A stretch of DNA of 64,000 nt from Mobula hypostoma (GCF_963921235.1 NC_086109.1:31126001-31190000), one strand, 5' to 3'. Positions 1 through 12,041 are shown, counted from the stretch's first letter. Made by a program: numbers and translations. The notes: generated by a model not told the origin, from the sequence alone.

Positions 1-334
1 ATTAATTTTGTCTAGTTAATACTCTCCATGCTCAAATGGATAAGTAGAGGGTTCAGCTGTTGTCAAGAAAAGTAATACTCGGGTCCAACAGATGCAGGTT
101 ACGTTGAATTGTTGAACAGATACTTATTTTGTATTTTGATATTTACACCCAACAATATATTGTCTTTTCAAAAGAAAACAAATAGCTCTATAATACCAAT
201 GTATATAGTGCAGATTATTGCTATTTACTTAATGGCACAAAATTTTCAGTAATTTCAATTAAACTTGAGCATTTTTAGTCTTTTTAAGGGTTGAAGATTT
301 TTTTTCATTTGGGACCTTTATCATAAAAAGGATA

Positions 335-404
335 TTTTGGCATTGAAGATAGTTCAGAGGAGGTTCACAAGAATAATCCTAGAAATGAAGGGGTTCCATG
401 TGAG
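335..404 (+). mobile_element. Old CR1 LINE ORF2 relic, the target of Gypsy copy 1; continues at 8599-8640 and about 11203-11490
   Basis: Translates to ALKIVQRRFTRIILEMKG (CR1 ERVQRRFTRMIPGMKG motif). Resumes after the 3' LTR as EEYLEALGL, then LKGLVRVDMEKMF at about 11210. Confidence 0.75.
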
Positions 405-632
405 TGTAGTACACCATATATATGTTGTAACTGGGTTACCTGTCTGGACACGCCCCTCTGCTGACTGCCCCTGTGGCTCCTCCCACAGCTTCCTGTATAA
501 AGGTGTTTTGCCTTGCCCCTCCCCCTGAGTCCAGGGGCAGACACTCAGCGTGGAGGTCGTATTGCACAGCGAATAAAAGCCTTTCAGTGTTTTACCCAAC
601 CTCAGTCTTTTGGAGTTAATAAAAGTGCTCCA
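405..632 (+). repeat. 5' LTR of Gypsy copy 1
   Basis: 228-bp direct repeat of 8371-8598; TATAAA at 496-501, AATAAA at 572-577. Confidence 0.96.
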
Positions 633-658
633 ATTTTATTTGCTGTACATTTTAAAGC

Positions 659-1574
659 ATGGAACATGTACTGAGACCCGACAAATTAGATGCGATCCGC
701 AAACACCTGAAGCTGGAAACGCTTTTGAACTCTGGCTGGCTTGCTTCGAAGCGTACCTAGAGGAGATTAAAGAGACCGACCACGTAGCGAAGTGCAGCGT
801 TCTACTCTCCAGGGTTAGTCTACGGGTCTATTCGCTGATCAGAGACCAGCCCAGCTACGACAGCGCAATGTGCGCCCTCAAAAGACAATACCTGCGTCCG
901 ATGAACAGCGTCTATGCTCGGCACCGCTTAGCGACACAGCAACAACGGGCCAGGGAATCAAGTGCTGAGTTCGTCCAAGCCCTACAGACACTCGTGCGGG
1001 TCTGCAATTGCCAGGAGCTGACGGCGGCACAGCATGCAGAACTCCTAGTGAGAGACACCTTCGTCACAGGGACCAGGTCAGTGTATGTGCGCCAGCGGCT
1101 GTTGGAAAAAGCCCATTTTACCTTAAGTTCGGCGATCGAACTGGCCAACACGCTGGAGACTGCTCTGCATAACTCCGAGGCTCTCCAGGCACGTGATCCC
1201 CCATGGCCTCGTGGGCGCCGCAGACCCCGCAACCCACCGGTGAATCGACCTCAGCTGCCACCAATTGCAAGTCCCCGCAACCCGCCGGCGAATCGACCTC
1301 GGCTGCCGCCAGTCACGAGTTCGCGAAGTGCTACTTCTGCGGAGTGGAGAAGCACCCCTGGAAACGCTGCCCAGCCTGAGAATCTACCTGCTCCAGCTGC
1401 AGAAAGAAGGGCCACTTCGCCAAGGTCTGTAAGTCCAAACCGTGAGCGGGATCGAGCAGCGCCGCATGCGAGACGTGGGGGTCGCCATCTTGCCTGCCGC
1501 CACCTTCCCTGCACACTGCCTCCACGGGCGAGACATGGGGCCCGCCAACTTCCCTGCACGCTGCCTCCACGTGA
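659..1574 (+). pseudogene. gag: Gypsy gag, frameshifted and with stops, two CCHC zinc knuckles
   Basis: DPQTPEAGNAFELWLACFEAYL N-terminus; in a shifted frame CYFCGVEKHPWKRC and CSSCRKKGHFAKVC; homologous to 27774-28642. Confidence 0.9.
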
Positions 1575-2754
1575 GAGACATGGGGGTGGCCATCTTGGTC
1601 GGTGCCACCTCCCACCGCCTACGACCAACGGGTGCTCACGGGGCACCCCACGGCACCGGACCAAGATAGCAACCCAACCCTGGCTTCCGTGACCCTCGAC
1701 CAAAGCGCTCCCCACCAGCTAGCAAGGTCAATGATGGACATCCTGGTGGAGGGGTGCAGGACAAGCTGCCTGTTTGACACAGGCAGCACGGAGAGTTTTA
1801 TCCACCCGCTCACGGTGCAGCATTGCGGATTCGTGATACGGCCGGTAAATCAGAGGGTCACCATGGCTTCCGGGTCGCATACAACAGACATCCGGGGGGG
1901 ATTGTGTAGCGACACTAGTGGGGCAGGTCACAGAATATCGAGACTTTACGTTACTGGTTATGCCTCAACTGTGTGCCCCTGTGCTATTGGGGCTCGACTT
2001 CCAGAGCCACCTGAAAAGCGTGACAATGAAGTATGATGGGCCCCTCCCGCCAATTACTGTCATAAATCCCCTGTTTTGTAGAGAAATGTCACGTACCCCG
2101 CTACTGAGCACACACACACACCGACCCGTGCATCCCACCCAACATCATGCCAACTGTCGCACTACCGACGCCACCTGCGGCCTCTCCACCCTCAGGATCC
2201 CTCCCCCACCGCTGTTCGCCAACCTGACCCCCGACTGTAAACCTGTGGCAACTAAAAGCAGGAGGTACAGCACGGGGAACAGAGCTTTCATCAAGTCGGA
2301 GGTGCAGCGGCTGCTCAGGGAGGGGGTCATTGAGGCAAGCACAAGTCCTTGGAGGGCGCAGGTGGTCTTTGTTCGGAACGGGGAGAAGAATAGGATGGTC
2401 GTGGACTATAGCCAGACCATCAATAGGTTCACGCAGCTCGACGCGTACCCTCTACCCCGCATCGCGGATATGGTCAATCAGATAGCACAGTACAAGGTGT
2501 ACTCGACTATAGACCTAAACTCTGCTTACTATCAGCTCCCCATCCACCGGGAGGACCACCCTTACACCACCATCGAGGCGGACGGCAGGCTTTATCAATT
2601 CCTGCACGTCCCCCTCCGTGTCACGAATGGTGTATCTGTCTTCCAGAGGGAAATTGACCGGATGGTGGACCAGTACCAAATGAAGGCCACGTTACCATAT
2701 CTGGATCACATCACCATCTGCGGTCACGACCTGCAGGATCATGACAACAACCTC
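1575..2754 (+). pseudogene. pol: Gypsy pol 5' part: aspartic protease and RT up to the catalytic motif
   Basis: CLFDTGSTESFI (protease); SPWRAQVV, RMVVDY, DAYPLPRI, IDLNSAYYQ, YLDHITI (RT, degenerate YxDD). Confidence 0.93.
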
Positions 2755-5700
2755 GCAGGAAACCCATACCATCCCTGGGGACGAGTCTGCTTGGCTCCTG
2801 GAGTGGCAGGGCGGGGTCTACATGAGCCACCTCAGCTCCATTTCTAGCGGGGTGGCGATCCTGTTGGCCCCGACCTTCCAGTTAGTAGTTGAAAGAGTCC
2901 AAGACGTTGTGCCCGGCCGTCTGCTCCACCTGGTTGTGCGCCTGGATGGCGTACCATTGCATTTTATCAATGTGTACGCTCCCAGGCGCGGTGTGATGCA
3001 GACGCGCCTATTCTGTCAGCTGTCCACCCTGCTGAGCTCCATCGATCCTGGGGACTGCGTAATCCTCGGGGGAGATTTCAATTGTACCCTCGAGGCGGAG
3101 GACCGTTCGGGCCTCCAACGCGACCCAGCATCAGCAAAAAAGTTAAAGGAGCTAGTCGGCTCCTTTGACTTGGTGGACAGCTGGCGGAATTTTCACCCCA
3201 ACTCTAGCGCCTTCTCGAGAAGGTCTAGAGAAGGAGGTTCCAGGATAGACCGCATTTACATCTCTCGGGCCTACGCCTCCCGCGTGTCGGCGTCCTCCAT
3301 GCGGCCAGTGTCGTGCTCGGATCATCACCTTGTGTGGATGGAATTTATTCCACTACACCCTCGGGTGGGATCCGGGTATTGGCATTTTAACAACCGGCTG
3401 CTGGAGGACAGCCGTTTCCGGGATTCGTTCCGAGCGTTCTGGGTCTCCTGGAAGGAGAGGCGGAGAGAGTTCTGCTCCCTACGGCTATGGTGGGATGTGG
3501 GCAAAGCCCACATCCGGTTTTTATGTCGGGAGTACACTAGGGGGTCGACCAAAGGGCGGGGCTCTGAGATTGAGCGGCTTGAGAGAGCGTTGCTTGACCT
3601 GGAGTCCCGCCTCGGTCCGACCACTGGAGACCAGCAGCTGTGGCAGGAATACCAGGAGAAGAAGGACGCACTAAGGGACTTGCAGCTTCAGCAGTCCCAA
3701 GGTGCGTACGTGAGGTCACGGATCCAAATGCTGCAGGATTTGGACCGTGGCTCACCCTTCTTCTACTCGTTGGAGAGGTGGCGGGGAGTTCAAAAGCAGC
3801 TAGTGGAATTGCTGGCTGCCGATGGCTCCTCCATCACGGACCCTGATGGAATTAACAACGAGGTCCGTTCATTCTATCGGTCCTTATTCTCGCCTGATCC
3901 GTCAAATGCGGAGGCGTGCAATGAGGTCTGGAAGGATTTGCCTAAGGTCAGTCCAGAGGATGCAGTGCGTCTGGATGCCCCCCTGACTCGGGAGGAGCTG
4001 TCCACTGCCCTTCGGCAAATCCGGAGGGGCAAGTCCCCTGGTTTGGATGGACTGAGTGTTGAGTTTTATCAGGCTTTTTGGGATGTCCTGGGGGATGATT
4101 ACAGCCTTGTCCTAGGGGAGAGCCTAGCCACCGGAGAAATGCCCCTCTCATGGCGAAGAGCTGTTGTGGTCCTACTGCCCAAGAAGGGAGACCTCCGCCT
4201 GCTAAAGAACTGGCGGCCGGTCTCCCTCTTGTGCGCGGACTACAAGATCTTCGCCCGGGCAATGGCCAACCGTCTGGGTTCGGTAATTGGACAGGTGGTC
4301 CATCCTGACCAATCTTACACGGTCCCGGGCCGCTCCATCCAGGACAATGTCCACCTAGTACGGGACCTGATCCACCTGCTCCAGGAGACTGGGACCCCGG
4401 CAGCGTTTCTTTCTCTTGACCAGGAGAAGGCGTTTGACCGGGTGGACCACAGTTTCCTGCTGGGCACCCTGCAGGCTTTCGGGCTCGGACCACACTTTGT
4501 GGCCCGAGTTCGGCTCCTGTACTCTGCCGCAGAGTGCCTAGTTAAGATCAACGGATCACTGACAGGACCTATCCACTTCCGAAGAGGAGTGCGTCAAGGG
4601 TGCCCCATGTCCGGTCAACTGTATGCGATCTGTGTCGAGCCATTCCTCGGCCTTCTTCGGCGAAGGCTGACAGGTCTGGTTCTGCGCGAACCGGACATGA
4701 GGGTCGTCCTCTCGGCCTACACCGATGACGTACTCCTCATGATGACAGACCCCTGTGACCTGCGGAGGATGCGCGAGTGCCAAGATGTTTTCTCGGCGGC
4801 ATCCTCCGCCAGGATCAACTGGGCGAAATGTTCCGGACTCTTAGTGGGTCAGTGGCAGGTGGACTCCCTGCCGGAGGAGATGAGAGCTTTTGTGTGGAGC
4901 ACGTGACGTCTCCTCTATCTGGGAGTCTACTTGAGTCCTTCTGGGGAGACCTGGCTGGCGAACTGGCAGGACCTGGAGACAAAGGTCATGGCCCGGCTAG
5001 GGCGCTGGTCAGGCCTTCTCAGGGTGCTTTCCTATCGAGGCAGGGTGGTGGTCATAAACCAGCTGGTGGCCTCCATGTTGTGGTACCGGATGGTCACCTT
5101 GGCCCCCCCTGCCCCTTTTGTTGCGAGAATGCAGAGGAAGCTGGTGGACTTCTTCTGGGGAAACAGGAAACACTGGGTCTCTGCAGCGGTTCTGAGTCTC
5201 CCAGTAGGAGAGGGCGGACAGTCGCTGGTGTGTGTACGCACACGACTGGCGGCTCTCCGCCTCAGGACTCTGCAGAGGTTCCTGTACGCCGAGCGCCCTC
5301 CCAGGTGGCACGTGTTGGCGACTTTCTTCCTCCGGAGGGGCTGCTGCCTTCACGAAGATATGCAGCTACCACCGGCAGGCGTCAGCCGTGCTGCTTTGCA
5401 GAGGCTGCCCGGCTTCTATCAGGACCTACTGAGAGTCTGGAACATGGTTGCCTCAGGCCGGGAATCCCCTCCTCTGGCAGAGGGCGGGGTCCTGGCCGAC
5501 CCTTGCCCTGCCTCAGCGGATGTCGGTGCAGCTCAGGTGTGTGGATCGACTCAAGCTGAGCTGCTCGTCGGGCCCAGGCCCCGCAGCCTTACCCGAGAGA
5601 CGAATCCACACAACTTGAGCCGTCTTTCATCGACACCCACAATCCCATTCAGGGATGCAGGCAGGAGGTACCTTTATGGGCTGCTGCTCCACACCCTCCA

Positions 5701-6414
5701 CTTCCTAGCCTTTGTCCACCGTCCCGACACGCCATGGCGGTCGGTCTTTCCACCTGGAGGTGAGGGGGGTCCCCAATGGAAGTCCCTTTACAAGGGAGTC
5801 CTCCCCATGCACCTTGGGGATCTCGGCTGGAGGGTGCTGCATAAAGCGGTGCCCTGCAATAAGTTCTTTAGTCTGTACACGGATCTCCCAGCCGCGTGTC
5901 ACTTCTGCGGGCTGGAGGAGACCGTGTACCACATGTACGTGGAGTGTGTGAGGCTGCAGCCCCTTTTCGCGTTTTTGCGTGGGCTGCTTCTCGCCTTCTG
6001 GTTGCATTTCAGTCCCACCCTATTTATATATGGTCATCCAGTAAGGAGGGGGGCACAGAGGGATGAGGATGTCCTTGTCAACTTGCTCCTGGGGCTGGCG
6101 AAAATTGCCATCCGTGGCTCCTGGAAAAGGGTGGCAGGAGGTTCTACCCGGGCGGACTGCCTGGCTATGTTTAGGGGGTATGTTCGTGCCCGGGTGAACA
6201 TTGAAAAGGAATACGCACAGTCCACGGCGACCGTAGAGGTGTTCCGGGACCGTTGGGCTCCGCGGGGTGTAAATGCCATCATTGATGAGGATGGCAATAT
6301 ATTGGTTTAAGATGTATTGTCTGTTTGTAGTGTAGTAAATATGTTAGTCACTGGGTTTGTAAATATTGTATAGCACCGACATTTGTAATAAAGAATTTTG
6401 TATTAAAAAAAAAA
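2755..6414 (+). mobile_element. Tx1-clade (L1 group) non-LTR retrotransposon, 5'-truncated, inserted in the Gypsy RT
   Basis: Starts at QETH in the APE domain; AATAAA at 6387-6392 and poly(A) at 6405-6414. The Gypsy RT resumes directly after (DHDNNL | FLQAAKAFNLTYNKDKCVF). Confidence 0.9.
2756..6310 (+). pseudogene. Tx1 ORF2 (APE endonuclease, RT, C-terminal Zn finger) with one in-frame stop at 4904-4906
   Basis: GGDFNC, SRIDRIY, SDHH; KSPGLDGL, NWRPVSLL, LDQEKAFD, GVRQGCP, YTDD; CHFCGLEETVYHMYVEC. ORFs 2741-4906 and 4931-6310 share one frame. Confidence 0.92.
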
Positions 6415-8297
6415 GAATTTCTCCAAGCGGCCAAAGCTTTCAATCTCACCTATAACAAGGACAAGTGTGTGTTCGGAACCACCCGACTTGCTATCCTTGG
6501 GTGTGTCGTGGAGAATGGAGTCATTGGCCCTGACCCCGACCGTATGCACCCCCTGTTGGAACTCCCTCTTCCCAACACCCTCAGAGCCCTCAAAAGGTGC
6601 CTGGGCTTCTTTTCATATTATGCCCAATGGGTCTCTAACTGCGGAAACAAGGCCTGCCCCCTGATCAAGTCCACCACATTCCCCTTCTCAGCCGAGGCCC
6701 GCACGGCCTTCAGCCACATAAAAGGGGATGTTGCCAAAGCAGCAATGCATGCGGTGGATGAGGCCATTTCCTTCCAAGTAGAGAGTGACGCCTCCGACTT
6801 TGCACTGGCTGCCACCCTCAACCAGGCGGGAAGACCAGTGGCGTTCTTCTCCCGTACACTTCAAGACCCTGAACTTCGGCACTCCGCAGTGGAGAAAGAG
6901 GCCCAGGCCATAGTGGAAGCTGTTAGGCACTGGAGGCACTATCTCGCTGGCAAAAGGTTCACCCTGCTAACTGATCAGCACTCAGTCACATTCATGTTTA
7001 ATAACCAACAGCGGGGCAAAATCAAAAATGATAAAATTTTGAGGTGGAGAATCGAACTCTCCACCTACAACTATGACATCATGTACATGCCTGGGAACCT
7101 CAATGAGTCCTCCGATGCCCTATCCCGGGGAACGTGCGCCAGTGCGCAGATTGACTGGCTATATGCCCTACATGTAGATCTTTGACACCCGGGGGTCACC
7201 CGGCTTTTCCACTTCGTGAAAGCCCGGAACCTGCCTTACTCCCTTGAGGAGATCAGGACAATGACCAGGGACTGCCAAGTCTGCGCAGAGTGCAAACCGC
7301 ACTTCTACCGACCCGAAAAGGCACAACTCATCAAGGCCACCCAACCCTTTGAGCGACTGAGTGTCGACTTTAAGGGCCCCCTTCCCTCCACCGACTGCAA
7401 TGTGTACTTTCTTAACGTAATCGATAAGTACTCGCGGTTCCCCTTCGCCATCCCCTGCCCCGACACCACTACCACGTCAGTTATAAAAGCCCTGCGCAAG
7501 CTCTTCACTCTGTTCAGATACCCATGCTATATCCACAGTGACAGAGGGTCTTCATTTATGAGTGACGAGCTGCGCCAATACCTGCTGGCGAGGGGAATTG
7601 CAACTAGTAGAACCGCGAGCTATAATCCCCGGGGGAATGGACAGGTGGAGAAGGAGAATGGCACGGTGTGGAAAGCCACACTCTTAGCCCTCAGGTCAAA
7701 GGGACTGCTGGTCTCCCGCTGGCAGGAGGTCCTTCCCGAGGCACTCCACTCCATCCGCTCCCTGTTATGCACGTCCACCAATGCCACCCCTCATGAGCAG
7801 CTCTTTTCATTTTCCAGAAAGTCGACCGCTGGGACCACCCCGCCAACTTGGCTGACGTGCCCGGGGCCAGTGCTGCTCCGGAAACATGCGAGGAGCGATA
7901 AATACTCACCGATGGTCGAGAGGGTTCACTTACTTCATGCGAATCCCCAGTACGCCTACGTGGTTTTACCTGATGGGCGGGAGGACACGGTCTCCATCCG
8001 GGACCTGGCGCCCGCAGAAGCACCGGGCCCCTACCCTGAACACTCCGTGGTGACTATTGACCCCGTACGCACCAATGTATGTACCTACAAGACACCGTGC
8101 ACCCCAACCCTATACAGACATCACACGACACTCCCATACCGGGTGCGACGCATACGCACGAGGGATCACCGACGCCTAACGTGCTGGCACCTGAAGTCAG
8201 GCCGGAGCCAGTACAACCGCCATCGCCGGTGCAATCACCGCCGGTGCTACGTCGATCACAGCGACGGACTCGACCGCCTGAGAGACTTAACCTGTAA
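6415..8297 (+). pseudogene. pol: Gypsy pol 3' part: RT thumb, RNase H, integrase
   Basis: VESDASD, VEKEAQAIV, LLTDQ, DALSR (RNase H); CQVC, SVDFKGP, IHSDRGSSF, GNGQVEKEN (integrase HHCC/DDE). Confidence 0.93.
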
Positions 8298-8370
8298 ATA
8301 TACTTCTTGTAAATATTGTCAGTCACTTCACCCCGCAGGACTCTTTTTTAAAAAAAAAAGGAAGGGTGAA

Positions 8371-8598
8371 TGTGGTAAACCATATATATGTTGTAACTGG
8401 GTTAACTGTCTGGACACACCCCTCTGCTGACTGCTCCTTTGGCTCCTCACACAGATTCCTACATAAAGGTGTTTCACCTTGCCCCTCCCCCTCAATCTGG
8501 GGGCAGACACTCACCATGGAGGTCGTATTGTACAGCGAATAAAAACCTTTCAATGTTTTACCCAACCTCAGTCTTTTGGAGTTATTGAAGGTGCTCCA
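8371..8598 (+). repeat. 3' LTR of Gypsy copy 1
   Basis: Direct repeat of 405-632, preceded by the PPT AAAAAGGAAGGGTGAA. Confidence 0.96.
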
Positions 8599-8641
8599 GT
8601 GAGGAATATTTGGAGGCTCTGGGCCTGAATCTCATTGATGT

Positions 8642-11200
8642 CCATAAGACCATAAGACCATAAGACAAAGGAGCAGAAGTAGGCCATTTGGCCCATCGAG
8701 TCTGCTCCTCCATTTTATCATGAGCTGATCCATTTTATCCTATTTAGTCCCACAGCCCCGCCTTCTCACCATAACCTTTGATGCCCTGGCTACTCAGATA
8801 CCTATCAATCTCTGCCTTAAATACACCCAATGACTTGGCCTCCACTGCTGCCCGTGGCAACAAATTCCATAGATTCACCACCCTCTGACTAAAAAAATTT
8901 CTTCGCATTTCTGTTCTGAAAGGGTGCCCTTCAATCCTGAAGTCATGCCCTCTCGTACTAGACTCCCCCATCATGGGAAACAACTTTGCCACATCCACTC
9001 TGTCCATGCCTTTTAACATTCGAAATGTTTCTATGAGGTCTCCCCTCATTCTTCTAAACTCCAAGGAATACAGTCCAAGAGCGGACAAACATTCCTCATA
9101 TGTTAACCCTCTCATTCCCGGAATCATTTTCATGAATCTTCTCTGTACCCTCTCCAACGTCAGCACATCCTTCTTAAATAAGGAGACCAAAACTGCCCAC
9201 AGTACTCCGTGAGGTCTCACCAGTGCCTTATAGAGCCTCAACATCACATCCCTGCTCCTATACTCTATTCCTCTAGAAATGAATACCAACATTGCATTCG
9301 CCTTCTTCATTACTGACTCAACCTGGAGGTTAACTTTAAGGGAATCCTGTACGAGGACTCCCAAGTCCCGTTGCATCTCAGAACTTTGAATTCTTTCCCC
9401 ATTTAAGTAATAGTCTGTCCGTTTATTTTTTCTGCCAAAGTGCATAACCATACACTTTCCAACATTGCACTTCATTTGCCACTTCTCTGCCCATTCTTCC
9501 AATCTATCCAAGTCTCTCTGCAGACTCTCCGTTTCCTCAGCACTACCGGCCCCTCCACCTATCTTCGTATTGTCAGCAAACTTAGCCACAAAGCCATCTA
9601 TTCCATAATCCAGATCGTTGATGTACAATGTAAAAAGAAGCGGCCCCAACACTGATCCCTGTGGAACACCACTGGTAACCAGCAGCCAACCAGAATAGTA
9701 TCCCTTTATTCCCACTCTCAGTTTCCTGCCAATCAGCCAACGCTCTATCCACATATGTAACTTTCCTGTAATTCCATGGGCTCTTATCTTGTTAAGTAGC
9801 ATCATGTGTGGCACCTTGTCAAAGGCCTTCTGAAAATCCAAATATACAACATCCACTGCATCTCCCTTGTCTAGCCTACTGGTAATTTCCTCAAAAAATT
9901 GTAATAGGTTTGTCAGGCAGGATTTTCCTTCAAGGAATCCATGCTGAGTTCTGCCTATCTTGTCATATGCCTCCAGGTACTCTGTAACCTCATCCTTGAC
10001 AACTTCCCAATCACCGACGTCAAGCTAACAGGTCTATAATTTCCTTTTTGCTTCCTTGCCCCCTTCTTAAATAGCGGAGTGACATTTGCAATCTTCCAGT
10101 CTTCCGGAACCATGCCAGAATCTATCGACTTTTGAAAGATCATCACTAATGCTTCCGCAATCTCCACAGCTACTTCCTTCAGAACACGAGGGTGCATTCC
10201 ATCTGGTCCAGGAGATTTATCGACCTTTAGCCTATTCAGCTTCCTGAGTACTTTCTCTGCCGTAATTGTGACTGCGCACACTTCTCTTCCCTGCCACCCT
10301 TGTGTGTCCCGTATCCTGCTGTCTTCCTCAGTGAAGACTGATGCAAAATACTTGTTCAGTTCCTCTGCCATCTCCTCATCTCCCATTACAATTTCTCCAG
10401 TATCATTTTCAATCAGTCCTATATCTACTCTCACCTGTCTTTTACTCTTTATATACTTGAAAAAGCTTTTAGTATCCTCTTTGATATTATTTGCTAGTTT
10501 CCTTTCATAGTTAATCTTTTCTCTCTTAATGACCTTCTTGGTTTCCTTTTGTAATATTTTAAAAACTTCCCATTCCTCTGTCTTCCCACTAATTTTTGCT
10601 TCCTTGTATGCCCTCTCCTTTGCTTTAACTTTGGCCTTGACTTCTCTTGTCAACCACGGTTGCATCCTTTTTCCACTCGAAAATTTCTTCTTTTTTGGAA
10701 TATACCTGTCTTGCACATTCTTCATTTTTCGCATAAACTCCAGCCACTGCTGCTTTGCCATCTTTCCCGCCAGTGTCTCTTTCCAGTCAACTTTGGCCAG
10801 TTCCTCTCTCATGCCACTGTAATTTCCTTTACTCCACTGAAACACTGACACATCAGATTTTGGCTTCTCTTTTTCTAATTTCACAGTGAACTCAATCATG
10901 TTATGATCACTGCCTCCTAAGGGTTCCTTCACCTCAATCTCTCCAATCACCTCCGGTTCATTACACAATACCCAATCCAGTACAGCCGATCCCCTAGTGG
11001 GCTCAACAACAAGCTGTTCTAAAAAGCCATCTCGCAGACATTCTACAAATTCTCTCTCTTGAGATCCAGTGCCAACCTAATTTTTCCAATCTACTCGCAT
11101 GTTAAAATCCCCCACAATTATCATAACACTGCCCTTCTGACAAGCCTTTTCTATTTCCAGTTGTAATTTGTAGTCCACATCCCTGCAGCTGTTTGGAGTC
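8642..11200 (-). mobile_element. CR1 LINE, 5'-truncated, ORF2 broken by a short deletion/frameshift
   Basis: [44 protein letters not shown]; 8-bp tandem 3' tail (CATAAGAC)x3 at 8643-8666. Confidence 0.93.
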
Positions 11201-12041
11201 TATCTAACATTGAAAGGTCTAGTTAGAGTGGATATGGAGAAGATGTTTTCTGTAGTCTTAGAGAAGTACAGCACAGAAACAGGCCCTTTGGCCCAACTAG
11301 TCCAAGCAGAAACCATTTAAACTGCTTACTCCCAAAGACCAGCACCAGGACCATAGTCTTCCATATCCTTACCATCCATGTACCTGTCCAAACTTCTCTT
11401 CAATGTTGAAATCAAGCTTCCATAGGCAGAGTGGTGGAGTCTAGGACCAGAGGGCACAACCTCAGAATAAAAGGACGTCCGTTGGGGTACCGTTAGCCCA
11501 GTATTGCCGAACACATATTGAAAGGTCCTTCACCTAAGACATTACCTTTGTTCCATTCTCTGCAGATATTGCCTTACTGGCATTTTCTGCTTTTATTGCA
11601 AATTTATAGCATACTGGTTTGCAGTGTGATTTTCACCACCGTCAGATTACTATATAGTACTTGTTTATGTTATTGTATGATTTGTTCATCAGTCTGTGGA
11701 GAAAACATCACCTTTTCTCTTTAACTAGAGGTAATTATCTAAAGAAGAGGAACTATCCATTTAAAACAGAGTTGAGCTGGTATTTTTTTTTCTCATTTGG
11801 CGACCTTGAATCTTTGGAACTCTAGTCCTCAAAATTTGTGGAAAGCATCTTTGAATATTTTATGACAGATACAGATTCCTGTGAAAAAAAAGGAGGAATA
11901 AAATATTGCTAGTTGTAGGTGAGGACATGAAATTGAGATCACAATCATGATCTTATGAAATGGAAAAGTAGGTTTCGTGGCCTAAGTGATCTATTCCTGC
12001 CTTGTATGTACATATGTACCTATCCGAGCTATCTAAATATA

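Larger units (their letters stand above)
405..8598 (+). mobile_element. Gypsy/Ty3 LTR retrotransposon copy 1, full length, decayed, with nested Tx1 LINE
   Basis: TG...CA LTRs at 405-632 and 8371-8598; TSD GTGAG at 400-404 and 8599-8603; polypurine tract ending at 8370; domain order gag-PR-RT-RNaseH-IN. Confidence 0.97.

Noticed and set aside
610..1692. 360-aa ORF with a Pro/Arg-rich C-terminus
   Set aside because: It is gag read across frameshifts; the zinc knuckles lie in another frame.
2741..4906. 721-aa ORF read as a novel Gypsy-LINE fusion gene
   Set aside because: The ATG is an out-of-frame Gypsy RT triplet that falls in the Tx1 frame by chance. The APE N-terminus is missing and the ORF ends at a premature stop.
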